Below, piece by piece: positions 37,907 through 49,188 of a stretch of 64,000 bases of DNA; positions within the stretch are counted from its first letter, which is position 1, and the number at the start of each line of letters is the position of its first letter. The notes below the pieces were generated by a model that was given only the letters and a program-made list of their open reading frames with translations, ran no database searches and was not told the DNA's origin. The translations under genes were made by a program, and so were the position numbers. The stretch is taken from contig JACQYB010000038.1 of assembly GCA_016208415.1 (NCBI GenBank), positions 22,730 to 86,729 of the forward strand. The letters run 5' to 3'. Source of the stretch: Betaproteobacteria bacterium (lineage in GTDB: Bacteria > Pseudomonadota > Gammaproteobacteria > Burkholderiales > Rhodocyclaceae).

Positions 37907-39151
37907 ATGCGAAGACTCCTTTATCTGCTGACCGGGCTCCTGGCCCTCCCGGCCCCCGCCGTGAGCGCGGGAGCCGACCCCGCGGCCGGGCCCGCCCCGG
38001 CCCGTCTGGCCGACCATCTGGAAGCGGCCTGGCAGCGCCACCCCCAGGCGCGGGCCAGCGCCGCCCGCCTTGACGCGGCGGCCGCCAGCGAGGACCTGTC
38101 CGGGCGCATCACCCCCGGCCCCGGCGCCGTCTCCCTGGGCGGGCGCACCGACCGCCCCTGGGACAACGCCGGCAAGCGCGAGGTGGAAGTGGAATACAGC
38201 GTGCCGCTGTGGCTGCCCGGCCAGTGGGACGCGGCGCGCGACGCGGCGCGGCGCGGGCGCGTGCGCGTGCAAGCCGACACCGCCGCCCTGCGCCTGGAGC
38301 TGGCCGGCGAACTGCGCCAGGCCTGGGGCGCGGTGGTGACGTCCCGGGACGCCCTGGGCCTGGCGCGCCGCCGTCTGGACACCGCCGGCCAGCTCGACGC
38401 GGACGTGGCGCGCCGACTGCGCGCCGGCGAGGTGTCGCGGCTGGATGCCAACCTGGCCGCCCACGAAACGGTCGCCGCCCGCGCCGCGGTGCTGGACGCC
38501 GAGTCCGCCCTGGCCGAGGCGCAACAGGCGTGGCAGGCGCTCACCGGCGGCCCGCCGCCGCTGCGGCTGGAAGACGAGACGGTGGCCGAAATGCCGGGCC
38601 ACGAGCCCGTGCCGCCGCGCCGCGAAGACGAAGTGGCGCCCGCAGGCCGCCCGGGCGGCGATGCAGCGCCGCCCCCGGGCAGCCCCGGCGAGGATGTCGC
38701 TGCGGCCGCGCCCGACGTCCACCACCGCCTGCGCGCCCTGCGCGGCACTTTCGAGGAGCGCTACGGCCGCACGCTGGGCGTGAGCCTGCGCATCCCCCTG
38801 TCCAGCGAGCCGCGCCAGCGTGAGGCGACGGCGGCGGCCACGGCGGATCTGCTGCAGGCCGAAGCCGAACTGGCCCGGGCACGCGCCCGCCTCGACCTGG
38901 ACCTGGGCCGGGCGCGGCGCGAACTGGCCGCCGCCGAGAGCCAGCTCGCCCTGGCGGGCAGCCGCCAGGGCCTCGCCGCCGACAACCTCCAACTCGCCGA
39001 CAAGGCCTACCGCCTCGGCGAACTGGACCTGCCCGCCCTGCTGCGCGCCCGCGCCCTGGCCTTCGAGGCCGACGCCGACGCCGCCCGGAGCCGCAACGCC
39101 ATGCGCCAGGCGCGGGCGCGGCTCAACCAGACCCTGGGAGTCCTGCCATGA
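37907..39151 (+). CDS. TolC/CzcC-like outer membrane efflux protein (divergent)
   Basis: ORF 37883..39151, start MRRLLYLLTGLLALPAPAVSA with an SD upstream. It is coiled-coil/OEP-like with an Ala/Arg-rich composition, and has a Pro-rich insertion in the middle. Confidence 0.75.
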   Translation: MRRLLYLLTGLLALPAPAVSAGADPAAGPAPARLADHLEAAWQRHPQARASAARLDAAAASEDLSGRITPGPGAVSLGGRTDRPWDNAGKREVEVEYSVPLWLPGQWDAARDAARRGRVRVQADTAALRLELAGELRQAWGAVVTSRDALGLARRRLDTAGQLDADVARRLRAGEVSRLDANLAAHETVAARAAVLDAESALAEAQQAWQALTGGPPPLRLEDETVAEMPGHEPVPPRREDEVAPAGRPGGDAAPPPGSPGEDVAAAAPDVHHRLRALRGTFEERYGRTLGVSLRIPLSSEPRQREATAAATADLLQAEAELARARARLDLDLGRARRELAAAESQLALAGSRQGLAADNLQLADKAYRLGELDLPALLRARALAFEADADAARSRNAMRQARARLNQTLGVLP

Positions 39152-39675
39152 TCCGAACCCTCATCCCCCTCATACTCGCCCTGGCGCTGGCCGGCACCGC
39201 CCGCGCCCACGGCGGCGAAGACCACGGCGACGCCGGCCCCGCGCCCACCGTGGCCGTGGCGCCGCGGGCCGAAGCCCACTCCGAAGCCCTCGAACTGGTG
39301 GCCGTGCTCGGCGGCGCGCAGCTCACGGCCTGGCTGGACCACTACGCCACCAACGACCCGGTGCAGGGGGCCGAAGTGGAACTGGAGAGCGGCAACTACA
39401 AGACCGCCGGCAAGCCCGTGGGCGAGGGCGTCTTCACCTTCGATGCCGGCCCGCTGGCCCAGCCCGGCGAACACGCGTTGGTCTTCACCGTGCAGACGGC
39501 CGACAGCGCCGACCTGCTGCAGGGCGTGCTGCGCATCGGTCCCGCGCAGGCGGCGCAGGAAACTCCTCGTCCGGCCATGACGCCCTGGCTGGGCGGTGCC
39601 GCCGGGGTGCTGGTGGCGGGTGCGGGGTTGTGGTGGTGGCATCGGCGCCGCCACGGACAGGGAGCGAGAGCATGA
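39148..39675 (+). CDS. secreted protein with N-terminal HGGEDHGD motif and C-terminal TM anchor
   Basis: 175 aa. The signal peptide ends ARA, followed by HGGEDHGD. A ~110-aa domain resembles the N-terminal extra domain of the 32079..33647 adaptor. C-terminal TM WLGGAAGVLVAGAGLWWW. ATGA overlaps on both sides. Confidence 0.6.
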   Translation: MIRTLIPLILALALAGTARAHGGEDHGDAGPAPTVAVAPRAEAHSEALELVAVLGGAQLTAWLDHYATNDPVQGAEVELESGNYKTAGKPVGEGVFTFDAGPLAQPGEHALVFTVQTADSADLLQGVLRIGPAQAAQETPRPAMTPWLGGAAGVLVAGAGLWWWHRRRHGQGARA

Positions 39676-40895
39676 ACAAGGCACGTCTTTGCATGGCCAC
39701 GGCCCTGTGGCTGGCCGCCTCGGTGGCCTTCGCCCATGGCGGCGAGGACCACGGCGATACCGGCAAGCCTGCCGCCGCGGCACCCGCTCCGGCGGCCGCC
39801 ATTGCCGGCGCCTCGGGCACGCCCGACGCCGGCCCGCAGCGCCTGGCCGACGGCAGCGTCTTCGTGCCCAAGGCGTCCCAGCGCCAGATGGGCGTGCGCA
39901 CCGAGCGGGCGGCGCAGGTGGAGCACGGCGCGGCGCTGGAACTGCCGGGCCGCGTGGTGCCGGACCCCAATTTTGGCGGCAAGGTGCAGGCCTCCCAGGC
40001 CGGGCGGGTGGAGCCCGGTCCTGGCGGCTTTCCGGCCCTGGGCAAGCGCGTGAAGAAAGGCGAGGTGCTGGCCTGGCTGCGGCCGGTGGCCGGGGCCATC
40101 GAGCGCGGCAACCAGCAGGCGCAACTGGCGGAGATCGAGGCCCAGTTCGCCCTGGCCGGCAGGCGGGTGCGGCGGCTGGAGGCGCTGGAGGGCAGCGTGC
40201 CGCAGAAGGAGATCGAGGCGGCGCGGGAGGAACTGAAGAGCCTCACCGCCCGCCGCGCCGCGGTGGGCGCCAGCCTCGCCGGGCGCGAGGCGTTGGTGGC
40301 GCCGGTGAGCGGCGTGGTCAGCGCCGCCTCCGCGGTGGCCGGCCAGGTGGTGGAGGCCCGGGAGACGCTGTTCGAGGTGGTGGACCCGCAGCGGCTGATG
40401 GTGGAGGCGGTGCTGTTCGACGCCGCCGTGGCGCAGAAGATCACCGGCGCCGGCGCGGCGCTGCCCGGCGGCGGCAACATCACCCTGAAGTTCGCCGGTG
40501 CCGGACTGGCGCTCAAGGAACAGGCCATCCCGGTGCTGTTCCGCGTTATGCCGGACGCGCCGCGGCCGCCCGCCGCAAGCACCGCACGGCCCCCCGCGCA
40601 AGCGTCGAACCAGCCGTCTGCCCCCGCCGCTGGCTTCCTCGCCGTGGGCCAGCCCCTGACGGTGATCGCCATCACCCGCGAGACCACCGCGGGCATCGCC
40701 CTGCCCCAGTCGGCGGTGGTGAAGAACGCCTCCAACCTGCCGCTGGTGTGGGTGCATGTGTCGCCGGAGCGCTTCGTGCCGCGCACCATCAACGCCCCGG
40801 CCATGTACCCCGACCACGTCATGGTGCAGTCCGGGGTGAAACCAGGCGAGCGCGTGGTGGTGGAAGGTGCCGCGCTTCTGAACCAGATCAGATAG
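39672..40895 (+). CDS. efflux RND periplasmic adaptor subunit (CzcB/CusB family)
   Basis: C-terminal 407 aa of ORF 38820..40895, starting [21 protein letters not shown] followed by HGGEDHGD. The lipoyl, coiled-coil and beta-barrel regions are present. Confidence 0.85.
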   Translation: MNKARLCMATALWLAASVAFAHGGEDHGDTGKPAAAAPAPAAAIAGASGTPDAGPQRLADGSVFVPKASQRQMGVRTERAAQVEHGAALELPGRVVPDPNFGGKVQASQAGRVEPGPGGFPALGKRVKKGEVLAWLRPVAGAIERGNQQAQLAEIEAQFALAGRRVRRLEALEGSVPQKEIEAAREELKSLTARRAAVGASLAGREALVAPVSGVVSAASAVAGQVVEARETLFEVVDPQRLMVEAVLFDAAVAQKITGAGAALPGGGNITLKFAGAGLALKEQAIPVLFRVMPDAPRPPAASTARPPAQASNQPSAPAAGFLAVGQPLTVIAITRETTAGIALPQSAVVKNASNLPLVWVHVSPERFVPRTINAPAMYPDHVMVQSGVKPGERVVVEGAALLNQIR

Positions 40896-40905
40896 GGGGC
40901 GCGCG

Positions 40906-43900
40906 GTGTTCGACAAACTCATACGCCTGTCCCTGCAGCAGCGCCTGCTGGTGTTGGCGGTGGCCATGCTGCTGATGATCTACGGCGGGCTCACCCTCTC
41001 GCGCATGCCGGTGGACGTGTTCCCGGACCTCAACAAGCCCACCGTCACCCTCATGACCGAGGCCGGCGGCATGGCCCCGGAGGAGGTGGAGCAACTCGTC
41101 ACCTTCCCGGTGGAAACCGGCATGAACGGCATGCCCGGCGTCACCCGGGTGCGCTCGGTGTCCGGCGTGGGCCTGTCCATCGTCTTCGTGGAGTTCGACT
41201 GGGGCACGGACATCTGGCGCAACCGCCAGCAGGTGGCAGAGCGCCTGGCGCTGGTGAAGGAGCAGTTGCCCTCCGGCATCGGCCCGACGCTGGGGCCGGT
41301 CACGTCCATCATGGGCGAGATCATGCTCATCGCCGTGCCCGTCGACTCCGCCCGGGGCACGCCCATGCAGGCGCGGGAATACGCCGACTGGGTGCTGCGC
41401 CCGCGCCTGCTCACCCTGCCCGGCGTGGCGCAGGTGATCCCCATCGGCGGCGAGGTGCGCGAATACCGCGTCGAGCCCGACTCCACCCGCATGTTCGCCG
41501 CGCGGGTGACGCTGGAACACCTGGAGCGCGCGCTCAAGGACTTCTCCGCCAACACCAGCGGCGGCTTCCTGGAGACGCGCTCGCGGGAATTCCTCATCCG
41601 CCACATCGGCCGCACCACGCGCCTGGCGGACCTGGAGAACCTGCCGGTGGCGGCCACCAACGGCCGGCCGCTGCTGCTCAAGCAGGTGGCCGATGTCAAG
41701 TTCGGGGCCAAGGTCAAGCGCGGCGACGCTGGCTACAACGGCGTCCCGGCGGTGGTGCTGTCGGTGCAGAAGCAGCCCGATGCCGACACCGTGAAGCTCA
41801 GCGGCGAGATCGACGCCGCCCTGGCGGAGCTGGCGAAGAGCCTGCCGGCGGGGGTGGGCGCGCCCCAGGTCGTGTTCCGCCAGGCCAGCTTCATCCAGGC
41901 GTCCATTTCCAACGTGGCCGAGGCGCTGCGCGACGGGGCGGTGATGGTGGCGGTGGTGCTGTTCCTGTTCCTGCTCAACTTCCGCACCACCTTCATTTCG
42001 CTCACTGCCATCCCGCTGTCCATCCTGGTGACGGCGCTGGTGTTCCGTGCGCTGGGGCTCTCCATCAACACCATGACCCTGGGCGGGCTGGCCATTGCCA
42101 TCGGCGCGCTCGTGGATGACGCGGTGGTGGATGTGGAGAACGTGCTGCGCCGCCTGCGCCAGAACCGCCAGCGGCCCGACGCGCGCCCGGTACTGGCGGT
42201 GATCGCCGGCGCCTCCTCCGAGGTGCGCAGCGGCATCGTCTATGCCACGGTGATCATCGCCCTGGTGTTCGCGCCGCTGTTCCTGCTGCCGGGCATCGAG
42301 GGGCGGCTGTTCGTGCCGCTGGGGGTGGCCTACATCGTCTCCATCCTGGCCAGCATGTTCGTGGCGGTGACGGTGACCCCGGTGCTGTGCTACTACCTGC
42401 TGCCGGGCATGAAGCGTATCACCCACGGCGACAGCCCGCTGGTGGCCTGGCTCAAGCGCACGGATGAGCGCCTGCTGCACTGGTCCTTCGGCCGCGCGCG
42501 GGGGCTGCTGGCCGGGGGTGCGGTGGCGGTGCTGGCGGCCGCGGCGGCGGTGCCTTTCTTCGCCACATCCTTCCTGCCGCCGTTCAACGAGGGCACGCTG
42601 ACCATCAATGTGCTGCTCAATCCAGGCACCTCGCTGGCCCAGTCCAACGCCGTCGGCGCCCAGGCGGAGCGGCTGCTGCTCACCGTGCCCGAAGTGGCCA
42701 TGGTGAGCCGGCGCACCGGCCGCGCCGAGCTCGACGAGCATGCCGAGGGGGTGCACTACACCGAGATCGACGCCGACCTGAAGCCCGGCGGGCGCCCGCG
42801 CGAGGAGGTGATCGGCGACATCCGCGCCCGCCTGGCCACCCTGCCCGTGGCCGCCAGCGTCGGCCAGCCCATTTCCCACCGGCTGGACCACCTGCTCTCC
42901 GGCGTGCGCGCCCAGATGGCGGTGAAGATTTTCGGCGACGACCTGGACACCCTGCGCGGCCAGGCGGCGGACCTGGCCGCGCGGCTGGCGAAGATCCCCG
43001 GCGTGGCCGACCTGCAGGTGGAAAAGGCGGTGCTCATTCCCCAGGTGAAGGTGCATTTCGACTACCAGCGCGCCGCCCAGTTGGGTCTGGCGCCGGGGGC
43101 GGTGCTCAAGGCCCTGGAGACGCTGGTGGAGGGCGACCGCATCACCCAGGTGATCGAAGGCAGCCGCCGCTTCGACCTCACGCTGCGCCTGCCCGAGTCG
43201 CTGCGGGAGAAGGAGAAGCTGGAGAACCTGCTGGTGGAGACGCCCTCGGGCTATGTGGCGCTGTCACGCTTCGCCACCATCGAGGAGGGCGACGGCCCCA
43301 ACCAGGTGAGCCGCGACAATGCGCGCCGTCGCATCGTCATTGCCGCCAATGCCGGCGGCCGGGCGCTGTCCGGGGTGGTGGAGGACGTGCGCCGGGAGAT
43401 CGCCGCCCTGCACCTGCCCGAGGGCTACTTCGTCACCCTTGAAGGCCAGTTCCAGGCCCAGGAGCAGGCCACGCGGCTGATCGGCGTGCTGGCCCTGGTG
43501 TCCCTGGCGATGATCTTCCTGGTGCTCTACAGCCGCTACCGCTCCACCACGCTGGCGCTGATGATCATGGGCAACATCCCCCTGGCGCTGGTGGGGGCGG
43601 TGTTCGCGCTGTGGCTGTCGGGGCAGCCGCTGTCGGTGGCTTCCCTCATCGGCTTCATCACCCTGGCGGGCATCGCCACGCGCAACGGCATCCTCAAGGT
43701 GAGCCACTACATCAACCTGTGCGCCTTCGAGGGCGAGCGCTTCGGGCGCGACATGATCGTGCGCGGCTCCCTGGAGCGGCTCACCCCGGTGCTGATGACG
43801 GCGCTGGTGGCGGCCATCGCCCTGGTGCCGCTGCTGGTGGCCGCCGACGCCCCGGGCAAGGAGATCCTGCACCCGGTGGCGGTGGTGATCTTCGGCGGGC

Positions 43901-44010
43901 TGGTGAGTTCGACGGTGCTGGACACGGTGCTGACTCCCGTCATGTTCTGGCTGTGGGGCGAGGCGCCGCTCAAGCGGCTGCTGGCCAGCCATGAGAAACA
44001 TGCCTTCTGA
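40906..44010 (+). CDS. CusA/CzcA family heavy-metal efflux RND transporter (second copy)
   Basis: 1034 aa, [27 protein letters not shown]. Collinear with the 28764..32003 protein. Confidence 0.95.
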   Translation: MFDKLIRLSLQQRLLVLAVAMLLMIYGGLTLSRMPVDVFPDLNKPTVTLMTEAGGMAPEEVEQLVTFPVETGMNGMPGVTRVRSVSGVGLSIVFVEFDWGTDIWRNRQQVAERLALVKEQLPSGIGPTLGPVTSIMGEIMLIAVPVDSARGTPMQAREYADWVLRPRLLTLPGVAQVIPIGGEVREYRVEPDSTRMFAARVTLEHLERALKDFSANTSGGFLETRSREFLIRHIGRTTRLADLENLPVAATNGRPLLLKQVADVKFGAKVKRGDAGYNGVPAVVLSVQKQPDADTVKLSGEIDAALAELAKSLPAGVGAPQVVFRQASFIQASISNVAEALRDGAVMVAVVLFLFLLNFRTTFISLTAIPLSILVTALVFRALGLSINTMTLGGLAIAIGALVDDAVVDVENVLRRLRQNRQRPDARPVLAVIAGASSEVRSGIVYATVIIALVFAPLFLLPGIEGRLFVPLGVAYIVSILASMFVAVTVTPVLCYYLLPGMKRITHGDSPLVAWLKRTDERLLHWSFGRARGLLAGGAVAVLAAAAAVPFFATSFLPPFNEGTLTINVLLNPGTSLAQSNAVGAQAERLLLTVPEVAMVSRRTGRAELDEHAEGVHYTEIDADLKPGGRPREEVIGDIRARLATLPVAASVGQPISHRLDHLLSGVRAQMAVKIFGDDLDTLRGQAADLAARLAKIPGVADLQVEKAVLIPQVKVHFDYQRAAQLGLAPGAVLKALETLVEGDRITQVIEGSRRFDLTLRLPESLREKEKLENLLVETPSGYVALSRFATIEEGDGPNQVSRDNARRRIVIAANAGGRALSGVVEDVRREIAALHLPEGYFVTLEGQFQAQEQATRLIGVLALVSLAMIFLVLYSRYRSTTLALMIMGNIPLALVGAVFALWLSGQPLSVASLIGFITLAGIATRNGILKVSHYINLCAFEGERFGRDMIVRGSLERLTPVLMTALVAAIALVPLLVAADAPGKEILHPVAVVIFGGLVSSTVLDTVLTPVMFWLWGEAPLKRLLASHEKHAF

Positions 44011-44104
44011 GTGTGGGAGCGGCCTGGCCGCGAAGGATGGCGCGCAGGCTGGCGCACACATTGCATTCTTGGACCGTTTCGATAGACCAACCGAAGGAGA
44101 ATCC

Positions 44105-44593
44105 ATGCACGTGCTCAAACCCGTAATCTTCGCCGCCGCCGCCCTGCTGGCCGGCGCCGCCCTGGCCCACGACGATGCCTATCTCGACACGCAGAAGTCC
44201 CCCAACGGCGGCCAGCAGCGCATGGCCGGCATCTACCACTTCGAACTGGTGGTGGCGAAGGACAGCAAGGAGGCGAAGGACAACCCGGTGGTCGTGTATG
44301 TCACCGACCATGCCGGCACCAAGGTGCCCACCGCCGGCGCCAGCGGCAATGTCACCCTGCTCGGCGGCAAGGCCAAGGCCGCCACCGCGCTGGCGCCCGA
44401 CGGCGACAACCGTCTCAAGGGCACGGCGAAGTACGCCTCCACGCCGGACATGAAGGCCGTGGTGTCCATCACCTTCCCCGGCAAGTCGCCGGAGCAGGCG
44501 CGCTTCGATCCGCTGAAGGGCGCCGCGATGAGCGGCGGCGGCATGGCGTCGGGCGGCATGTCCCACGACGCGCATGCCGAGCACAAGCACTGA
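44105..44593 (+). CDS. small secreted protein downstream of czcA with His/Met/Gly-rich tail (paralog of 28345..28737)
   Basis: Part of ORF 43991..44593, starting [21 protein letters not shown]. The mature N-terminus is HDDAYLD and the tail is [21 protein letters not shown]. Confidence 0.65.
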   Translation: MHVLKPVIFAAAALLAGAALAHDDAYLDTQKSPNGGQQRMAGIYHFELVVAKDSKEAKDNPVVVYVTDHAGTKVPTAGASGNVTLLGGKAKAATALAPDGDNRLKGTAKYASTPDMKAVVSITFPGKSPEQARFDPLKGAAMSGGGMASGGMSHDAHAEHKH

Positions 44594-44644
44594 CGGCGAG
44601 ACGGCGAGACGGCGCGACGGCAGGATGATGAGCGCGTCACGACA

Positions 44645-44668
44645 GTGGGAGAGGGCTTGCCCGCGAAT
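44645..44668. repeat. REP-like element half-copy
   Basis: GTGGGAGAGGGCTTGCCCGCGAAT, nearly identical to the core at 2917..2939. It translates as WERACPR inside the spurious N-terminal extension of the next ORF. Confidence 0.45.
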
Positions 44669-44702
44669 CCGCTCGCATCGCCGCCCGCGCGGCGGCCTGG
44701 TC

Positions 44703-45134
44703 ATGGTCGCGCTTGCGCTCGCCGTAACGATCGCCGCCTGCGGCCGCAGTTCCGGCATCGACCGCCGCGACGCCGCCCGGGTGGCTCGGGGCGGACAGCT
44801 CTACGCCGCCCACTGTGCCGCCTGCCACGGCGCCAATCTCGAAGGCCAGCCGGACTGGCGCCGCCGACTGCCCAGCGGGCGCATGCCGGCGCCGCCCCAC
44901 GACGACTCCGGGCACACCTGGCACCACCCGGACGAAGTGCTGTTCGGCATCACCCGGGAAGGACTGGTGCCGGGCCGCTACGCCCCTCCCGGCTACCAGA
45001 GCGACATGCCCGCCTTCGGCGCCGTGCTCTCCGACGACGACATCCGCGCCGTGCTGTCCTTCATCCAGAGCCGCTGGTCACAGGAGGCGTGGCGGGCGCG
45101 GGAGGAGATGTTGGGCAACCGCCGCGGGGGCTGA
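44703..45134 (+). CDS. class I c-type cytochrome (probable lipoprotein)
   Basis: ORF 44574..45134. Start moved to [14 protein letters not shown] (lipobox-like IAAC) because the upstream part is a REP-like repeat. It has a CAACHG heme motif, and DMPAFG supplies a likely Met ligand. Confidence 0.8.
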   Translation: MVALALAVTIAACGRSSGIDRRDAARVARGGQLYAAHCAACHGANLEGQPDWRRRLPSGRMPAPPHDDSGHTWHHPDEVLFGITREGLVPGRYAPPGYQSDMPAFGAVLSDDDIRAVLSFIQSRWSQEAWRAREEMLGNRRGG

Positions 45135-45207
45135 GCCGCGGAATCGGCGTTTCGACCGAGCCGCGGAATCGGCGTCGCGACCAAGCCGCGCAGTCGGCCG
45201 TGTGGAC
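45133..45207. repeat. 25-nt tandem direct repeat (2 good copies plus 1 degenerate)
   Basis: GAGCCGCGGAATCGGCGTTTCGACC (45133..45157), GAGCCGCGGAATCGGCGTCGCGACC (45158..45182), then aAGCCGCGcAgTCGGCcGTgtgGAC. It begins at the cytochrome c stop codon and lies upstream of the DUF411 gene. Confidence 0.75.
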
Positions 45208-45262
45208 GAGCGCCGAAGTCTCCGGGCAAGCGCCCGGAGCGATCCTGAAAGAGGAGAACGTG

Positions 45263-45757
45263 ATGACTGTTGCCACAACGAAGCGCCCGACCAGGCGCCA
45301 ATTTCTGGGCGCCACCGCCGCTGCCAGCGCCTGGCTCGTCGCTGGCGCCCTGGCCGGCCTCACCGCCACGGCCCACGCCGCCGGCCCCGAGGTGGTGATG
45401 CACAAGGACCCCAACTGCGGCTGCTGCGGCCAGTGGGCCGAACACCTGCGCGCCGCCGGCTTCCGGGTGCGCGAGCAGGCCGAACGCGACATGGGCGCCA
45501 TCAAGCGCCGCCTCGGCGTGCCGCCGGCCCTGGGCTCCTGCCACACCGCCACCGTGGGCGGCTACGTCATCGAAGGCCACGTGCCCGCCTCGGCCATCAC
45601 CCGCCTGCTGCGCGAGAAGCCAGCGGTGGCGGGGCTGTCCGTGCCGGGCATGCCGCCCGGGTCGCCGGGGATGGAATCGCCCACGCCCGTGGCCTACGAT
45701 GTCGTGGCGTTCGATCGGGCGGGGGCGGCGCGGGTGTTCGAGCGGCGCAAGCCTTGA
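45263..45757 (+). CDS. DUF411 (CopG-like) periplasmic metal-binding protein
   Basis: End of ORF 44645..45757, starting MTVATTKRPTRRQFLGATAAA (Tat signal). It has the CGCCGQW motif, a conserved CH (SCHTATVGGYVIEGHVP) and GMPPGSPGME. Confidence 0.85.
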   Translation: MTVATTKRPTRRQFLGATAAASAWLVAGALAGLTATAHAAGPEVVMHKDPNCGCCGQWAEHLRAAGFRVREQAERDMGAIKRRLGVPPALGSCHTATVGGYVIEGHVPASAITRLLREKPAVAGLSVPGMPPGSPGMESPTPVAYDVVAFDRAGAARVFERRKP

Positions 45758-46043
45758 GGAGGGCGCGAGAGGCCGCGGACGCCAGGCCGTGCGGCCGGTG
45801 GCGGCGGCCAGGGCGGTGCGGCTGGAGGTGGATATTGCTGGCGGAAGTGCTCCGAGATCCCGGACGGACCGGGATCGCGCACAGCTTGAGGCAGCGTAGA
45901 GGCGGTCTCAGGTACCACGCCGGAATTCAGCCGAGCCGGCAATCCGATACCGCGGGCGCCGTCTCATGGAACGGGTGAAGCCGGGAAAGAAGGGGCAGGT
46001 GACGCTTCCAGAGGCCGTCCAGCGCGCACCGCCCGTCGCGATC

Positions 46044-49000
46044 TCAAGCCGCCGCCCATTCGGCGGAAAGCAGCGCGGCCTGCTCCAGCACCGTCTGCGT
46101 CGCCTTCTCCTGCTTGTCCGGCGGATAGCCGTACTTGCGCAGAATGCGCTTCACCAGCACGCGCAGTTGCGCGCGCACGTTCTCGCGCAGCGTCCAGTCG
46201 ATCGTGACGTTGGCGCGCACGGTCCGCACCAGTTCCTGCGCAATGGTGCGCAGGGTCTCGTCGCCGAGCACCTTCACCGCGCTGTCGTTCGTCTCCAAGG
46301 CGTCGTAGAAGGCCAGCTCGTCCTCGGAGAGGCGCAGCGCTTCACCGCGCGCGTGGGCCTCGCGCATCTCCTTCGCGAGCGCGATCAGCTCCTCGATCAC
46401 CTGCGCCGCTTCGATGGCGCGGTTCTGATACCGGCGGATCGTCTGCTCGAGCATCTCGGCGAACGAGCGCGCCTGCACGACGTTCTTGCGCCGCCGCGTG
46501 GCCAATTCGCCCTTCAGCAGCTTCTGCAGTAGCTCGACCGCGAGGTTGCGCTGGGGCATCCCCCGCACCTCGGCCAGGAACTCCTCCGAGAGAATCGAGA
46601 TGTCGGGCTTGGCGAGGCCCGCCGCCGAAAAAATGTCGATCACGCCCTCGGGCGCCACCGCGCGCGAGATGATCTGCCGCACCGCGTGCTCGATGTCCTC
46701 CTCGGGCCGCGCGTCGCCGGGGGCACGCTTGGCAAGCACGGCCTGCACCGCCTGGAAGAACGCCATGTCGTCGCGGATACGCAGCGCCTCGGCGTGCGGC
46801 ACCGCCAGCGCGAAAGCCTGCGATAGCTCGCGCACCGCTCCCACGCACCGCTCCTTGCCGCTCTCCTGCGCCAGGATGTGCTCCTGCGCGGCCGGCAGCA
46901 GGCCGAGGCGCTCCTGCGGCGTGCCGGTCGTCCACCTCGACCGGTCGAAGCCGTGGAAGAGGCTGGCGCACACCTCGTACTTCTCCAGCATCAGGGCGAC
47001 CGCCTCCTCCTGATCCAGCGCCGTGCGCCCGGTGCCGCCGCTCTCCGTGTACGTGGCCAGCGCCTGTTTCAACTCCTGGGCGAGACCCAGGTAGTCCACC
47101 ACCAGCCCGCCGGGCTTGTCCCCGAACACACGATTGACGCGGGCGATGGCCTGCATCAGGCCATGCCCGCGCATGGGCTTGTCGATGTACATCGTGGAAA
47201 GGCTCGGCGCGTCGAAGCCGGTGAGCCACATGTCGCGCACGAGCACGATCCGCAGCGCATCGGAGGGCTTCCGGAAGCGGTTGGCCAGCGCCTCGCGCCG
47301 CGGCTTGTTGCGGATGTGCGCCTGCCAGTCGGCCGGATCGGACGCCGAGCCGGTCATCACCGCCTTGATGGCGCCCTGGTTGTCGTCCTCGCTCGCCCAA
47401 TCCGGCCGCAGCCGGACGATCTCGTGGTACAGCTCCACGCAGATGCGACGGCTCATGCAGACGATCATCGCCTTGCCATCCATGGCCTCACGGCGCTGCT
47501 CGAAGTGCTCGACGATGTCGCGGGCGACGAGTTCCAGGCGCATCGAAGCGCCCACCACGGCTTCGAGCTGCGCCCACTTGGTCTTCAGCTTCTCCTTGCG
47601 CTCGACCTCCTCGCCCTCGGTGGCCTCCTCGAACCCGGGGTCGATCTTCGGCCGCTCGGCCTCGTCGAGCGCCAGCTTGGCCAGCCGGCTCTCGAAGTAG
47701 ATCGGCACCGTGGCGCCGTCCTGCACCGCGCGCTGGATGTCGTAGACGCTGATGTAGTCGCCGAACACCGCGCGCGTGTTGGCGTCGGCGAGCTCGATCG
47801 GCGTGCCGGTGAAGCCGATGAACGAGGCGTGCGGCAGCGCGTCGCGCATGTGGCGCGCGTAGCCGTCGATGAAGTCGTACTGGCTGCGGTGCGCCTCGTC
47901 GGTGATCACCACGATGTTGCGGCGCCCCGAGAGCGACGGGAGCCGGTCGCCCTTTTCCTCCGGGAAGAACTTGTGAATGGTGGTGAACACCACGCCGCCC
48001 GCCGCCACGCCGAGCAGTTCGCGCAGGTGCGCGCGCGATTCGGCCTGCACCGGCGGCTGGCGCAGCAGGTCCCGGCAGCGCGAGAAGGTGCCGAAGAGCT
48101 GGTCGTCGAGGTCGTTGCGGTCGGTGAGGACGACGATGGTCGGGTTCGCCATCGCCGGCTCGCGGATGATGCGGCCGGCGTAGAAGGCCATGGTCAGGCT
48201 CTTGCCCGAGCCCTGGGTGTGCCAGACCACGCCCACGCGCCGGTCACCGGGAGCGCCCCCGGGCTTGCCGCCGGCCTCGTAGCGACCTTGCTTGCCATGG
48301 GTGCCCAGCGGACCGTACTGAAGCCGCGCGGCCCGCAGCGTCTCGCCCACCGCCACCTGCACGGCGTGGAACTGGTGATAGCCGGCCATCTTCTTGACGA
48401 TGCGGCCGCCGTCGTCCTCGAACACGATGAAATCGCGCACCAGATCAAGGAAGCGCTGCCGTGCCAAGAGGCCTTTGATCACCACCTGTAGCTCAGGCAT
48501 GTGGGCGTCGGCCAGGGTGTCGCCCGCGATGGTGCGCCAAGGCTTGAACCACTCCCGCCCGGCGGTGAGCGTGCCGACGCGCCCCTCCACCCCGTCGGAG
48601 ATGGCGAGCAGGGCGTTGGTGGCGAACAGCGACGCGATCTCCGCCTTGTAGGTCTGCAACTGCTGCCAGGCGCTCCAGATGGTCGCGCTCTCGTCCGCCG
48701 CGTTCTTGAGCTCGACGACCGCCAGCGGCAGGCCGTTTACGAAGAGCACCACGTCCGGACGGCGCGCGTGCTTGTTCTCCGTGACGCTGAACTGGTTCAC
48801 CGCCAGCCAGTCGTTGCCCGCCGGGTCGTCGAAGTCGATCACCCGCGCCTGCGCGCCGCGGATCGTGCCGTCGGCGGTGCGGTACTCCACCGTCACCCCG
48901 TCGACCAGCAGCCGATGAAGCGCCCGGTTGCGCGCAACCGACTCGGCGCCTTCGGGCCGTGTGAGCTTGCGGAAGGCCTCCTCCAGCGCGTCGGCGGGCA

Positions 49001-49184
49001 GTACCGGATTGAGCTGCGCCAGTGCATCGCGCAGCCGCCGCGCCAGGACGACCTGGCCGTAGTCGTCACGCTCCGCGGCAGACTCACCAGGGGCGATCTC
49101 GGTGCCGTTCCTCACCAACCAGCCGGCGCTTTCGAGCCAGGCCAGCGCAGCCTGCTCGACGACGGATTCGTCGAACGCGGCCAT
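46044..49184 (-). CDS. hsdR: Type I restriction endonuclease subunit R
   Basis: 1046 aa with an N-terminal nuclease region (VELKNAADE), SF2 motor motifs ([40 protein letters not shown]) and a C-terminal helical domain. Confidence 0.95.
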   Translation of the reverse strand: MAAFDESVVEQAALAWLESAGWLVRNGTEIAPGESAAERDDYGQVVLARRLRDALAQLNPVLPADALEEAFRKLTRPEGAESVARNRALHRLLVDGVTVEYRTADGTIRGAQARVIDFDDPAGNDWLAVNQFSVTENKHARRPDVVLFVNGLPLAVVELKNAADESATIWSAWQQLQTYKAEIASLFATNALLAISDGVEGRVGTLTAGREWFKPWRTIAGDTLADAHMPELQVVIKGLLARQRFLDLVRDFIVFEDDGGRIVKKMAGYHQFHAVQVAVGETLRAARLQYGPLGTHGKQGRYEAGGKPGGAPGDRRVGVVWHTQGSGKSLTMAFYAGRIIREPAMANPTIVVLTDRNDLDDQLFGTFSRCRDLLRQPPVQAESRAHLRELLGVAAGGVVFTTIHKFFPEEKGDRLPSLSGRRNIVVITDEAHRSQYDFIDGYARHMRDALPHASFIGFTGTPIELADANTRAVFGDYISVYDIQRAVQDGATVPIYFESRLAKLALDEAERPKIDPGFEEATEGEEVERKEKLKTKWAQLEAVVGASMRLELVARDIVEHFEQRREAMDGKAMIVCMSRRICVELYHEIVRLRPDWASEDDNQGAIKAVMTGSASDPADWQAHIRNKPRREALANRFRKPSDALRIVLVRDMWLTGFDAPSLSTMYIDKPMRGHGLMQAIARVNRVFGDKPGGLVVDYLGLAQELKQALATYTESGGTGRTALDQEEAVALMLEKYEVCASLFHGFDRSRWTTGTPQERLGLLPAAQEHILAQESGKERCVGAVRELSQAFALAVPHAEALRIRDDMAFFQAVQAVLAKRAPGDARPEEDIEHAVRQIISRAVAPEGVIDIFSAAGLAKPDISILSEEFLAEVRGMPQRNLAVELLQKLLKGELATRRRKNVVQARSFAEMLEQTIRRYQNRAIEAAQVIEELIALAKEMREAHARGEALRLSEDELAFYDALETNDSAVKVLGDETLRTIAQELVRTVRANVTIDWTLRENVRAQLRVLVKRILRKYGYPPDKQEKATQTVLEQAALLSAEWAAA

Positions 49185-49188
49185 ACGG

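Noticed and set aside
38820-39671. N-terminal 284 aa of the long ORF 38820..40895
   Set aside because: This part overlaps the czcC-like and 39148 genes out of frame and is Pro/Arg-rich. The real adaptor starts at the ATG at 39672, which has a signal peptide.
40888-43056. 722-aa ORF on the minus strand
   Set aside because: It is a shadow ORF antisense to the second CzcA-type gene. It has no recognisable domains.
45133-45207. Possible CRISPR array
   Set aside because: The repeats are directly tandem with no spacers, there are only 2-3 copies, and no cas genes are nearby. It is a simple tandem repeat.
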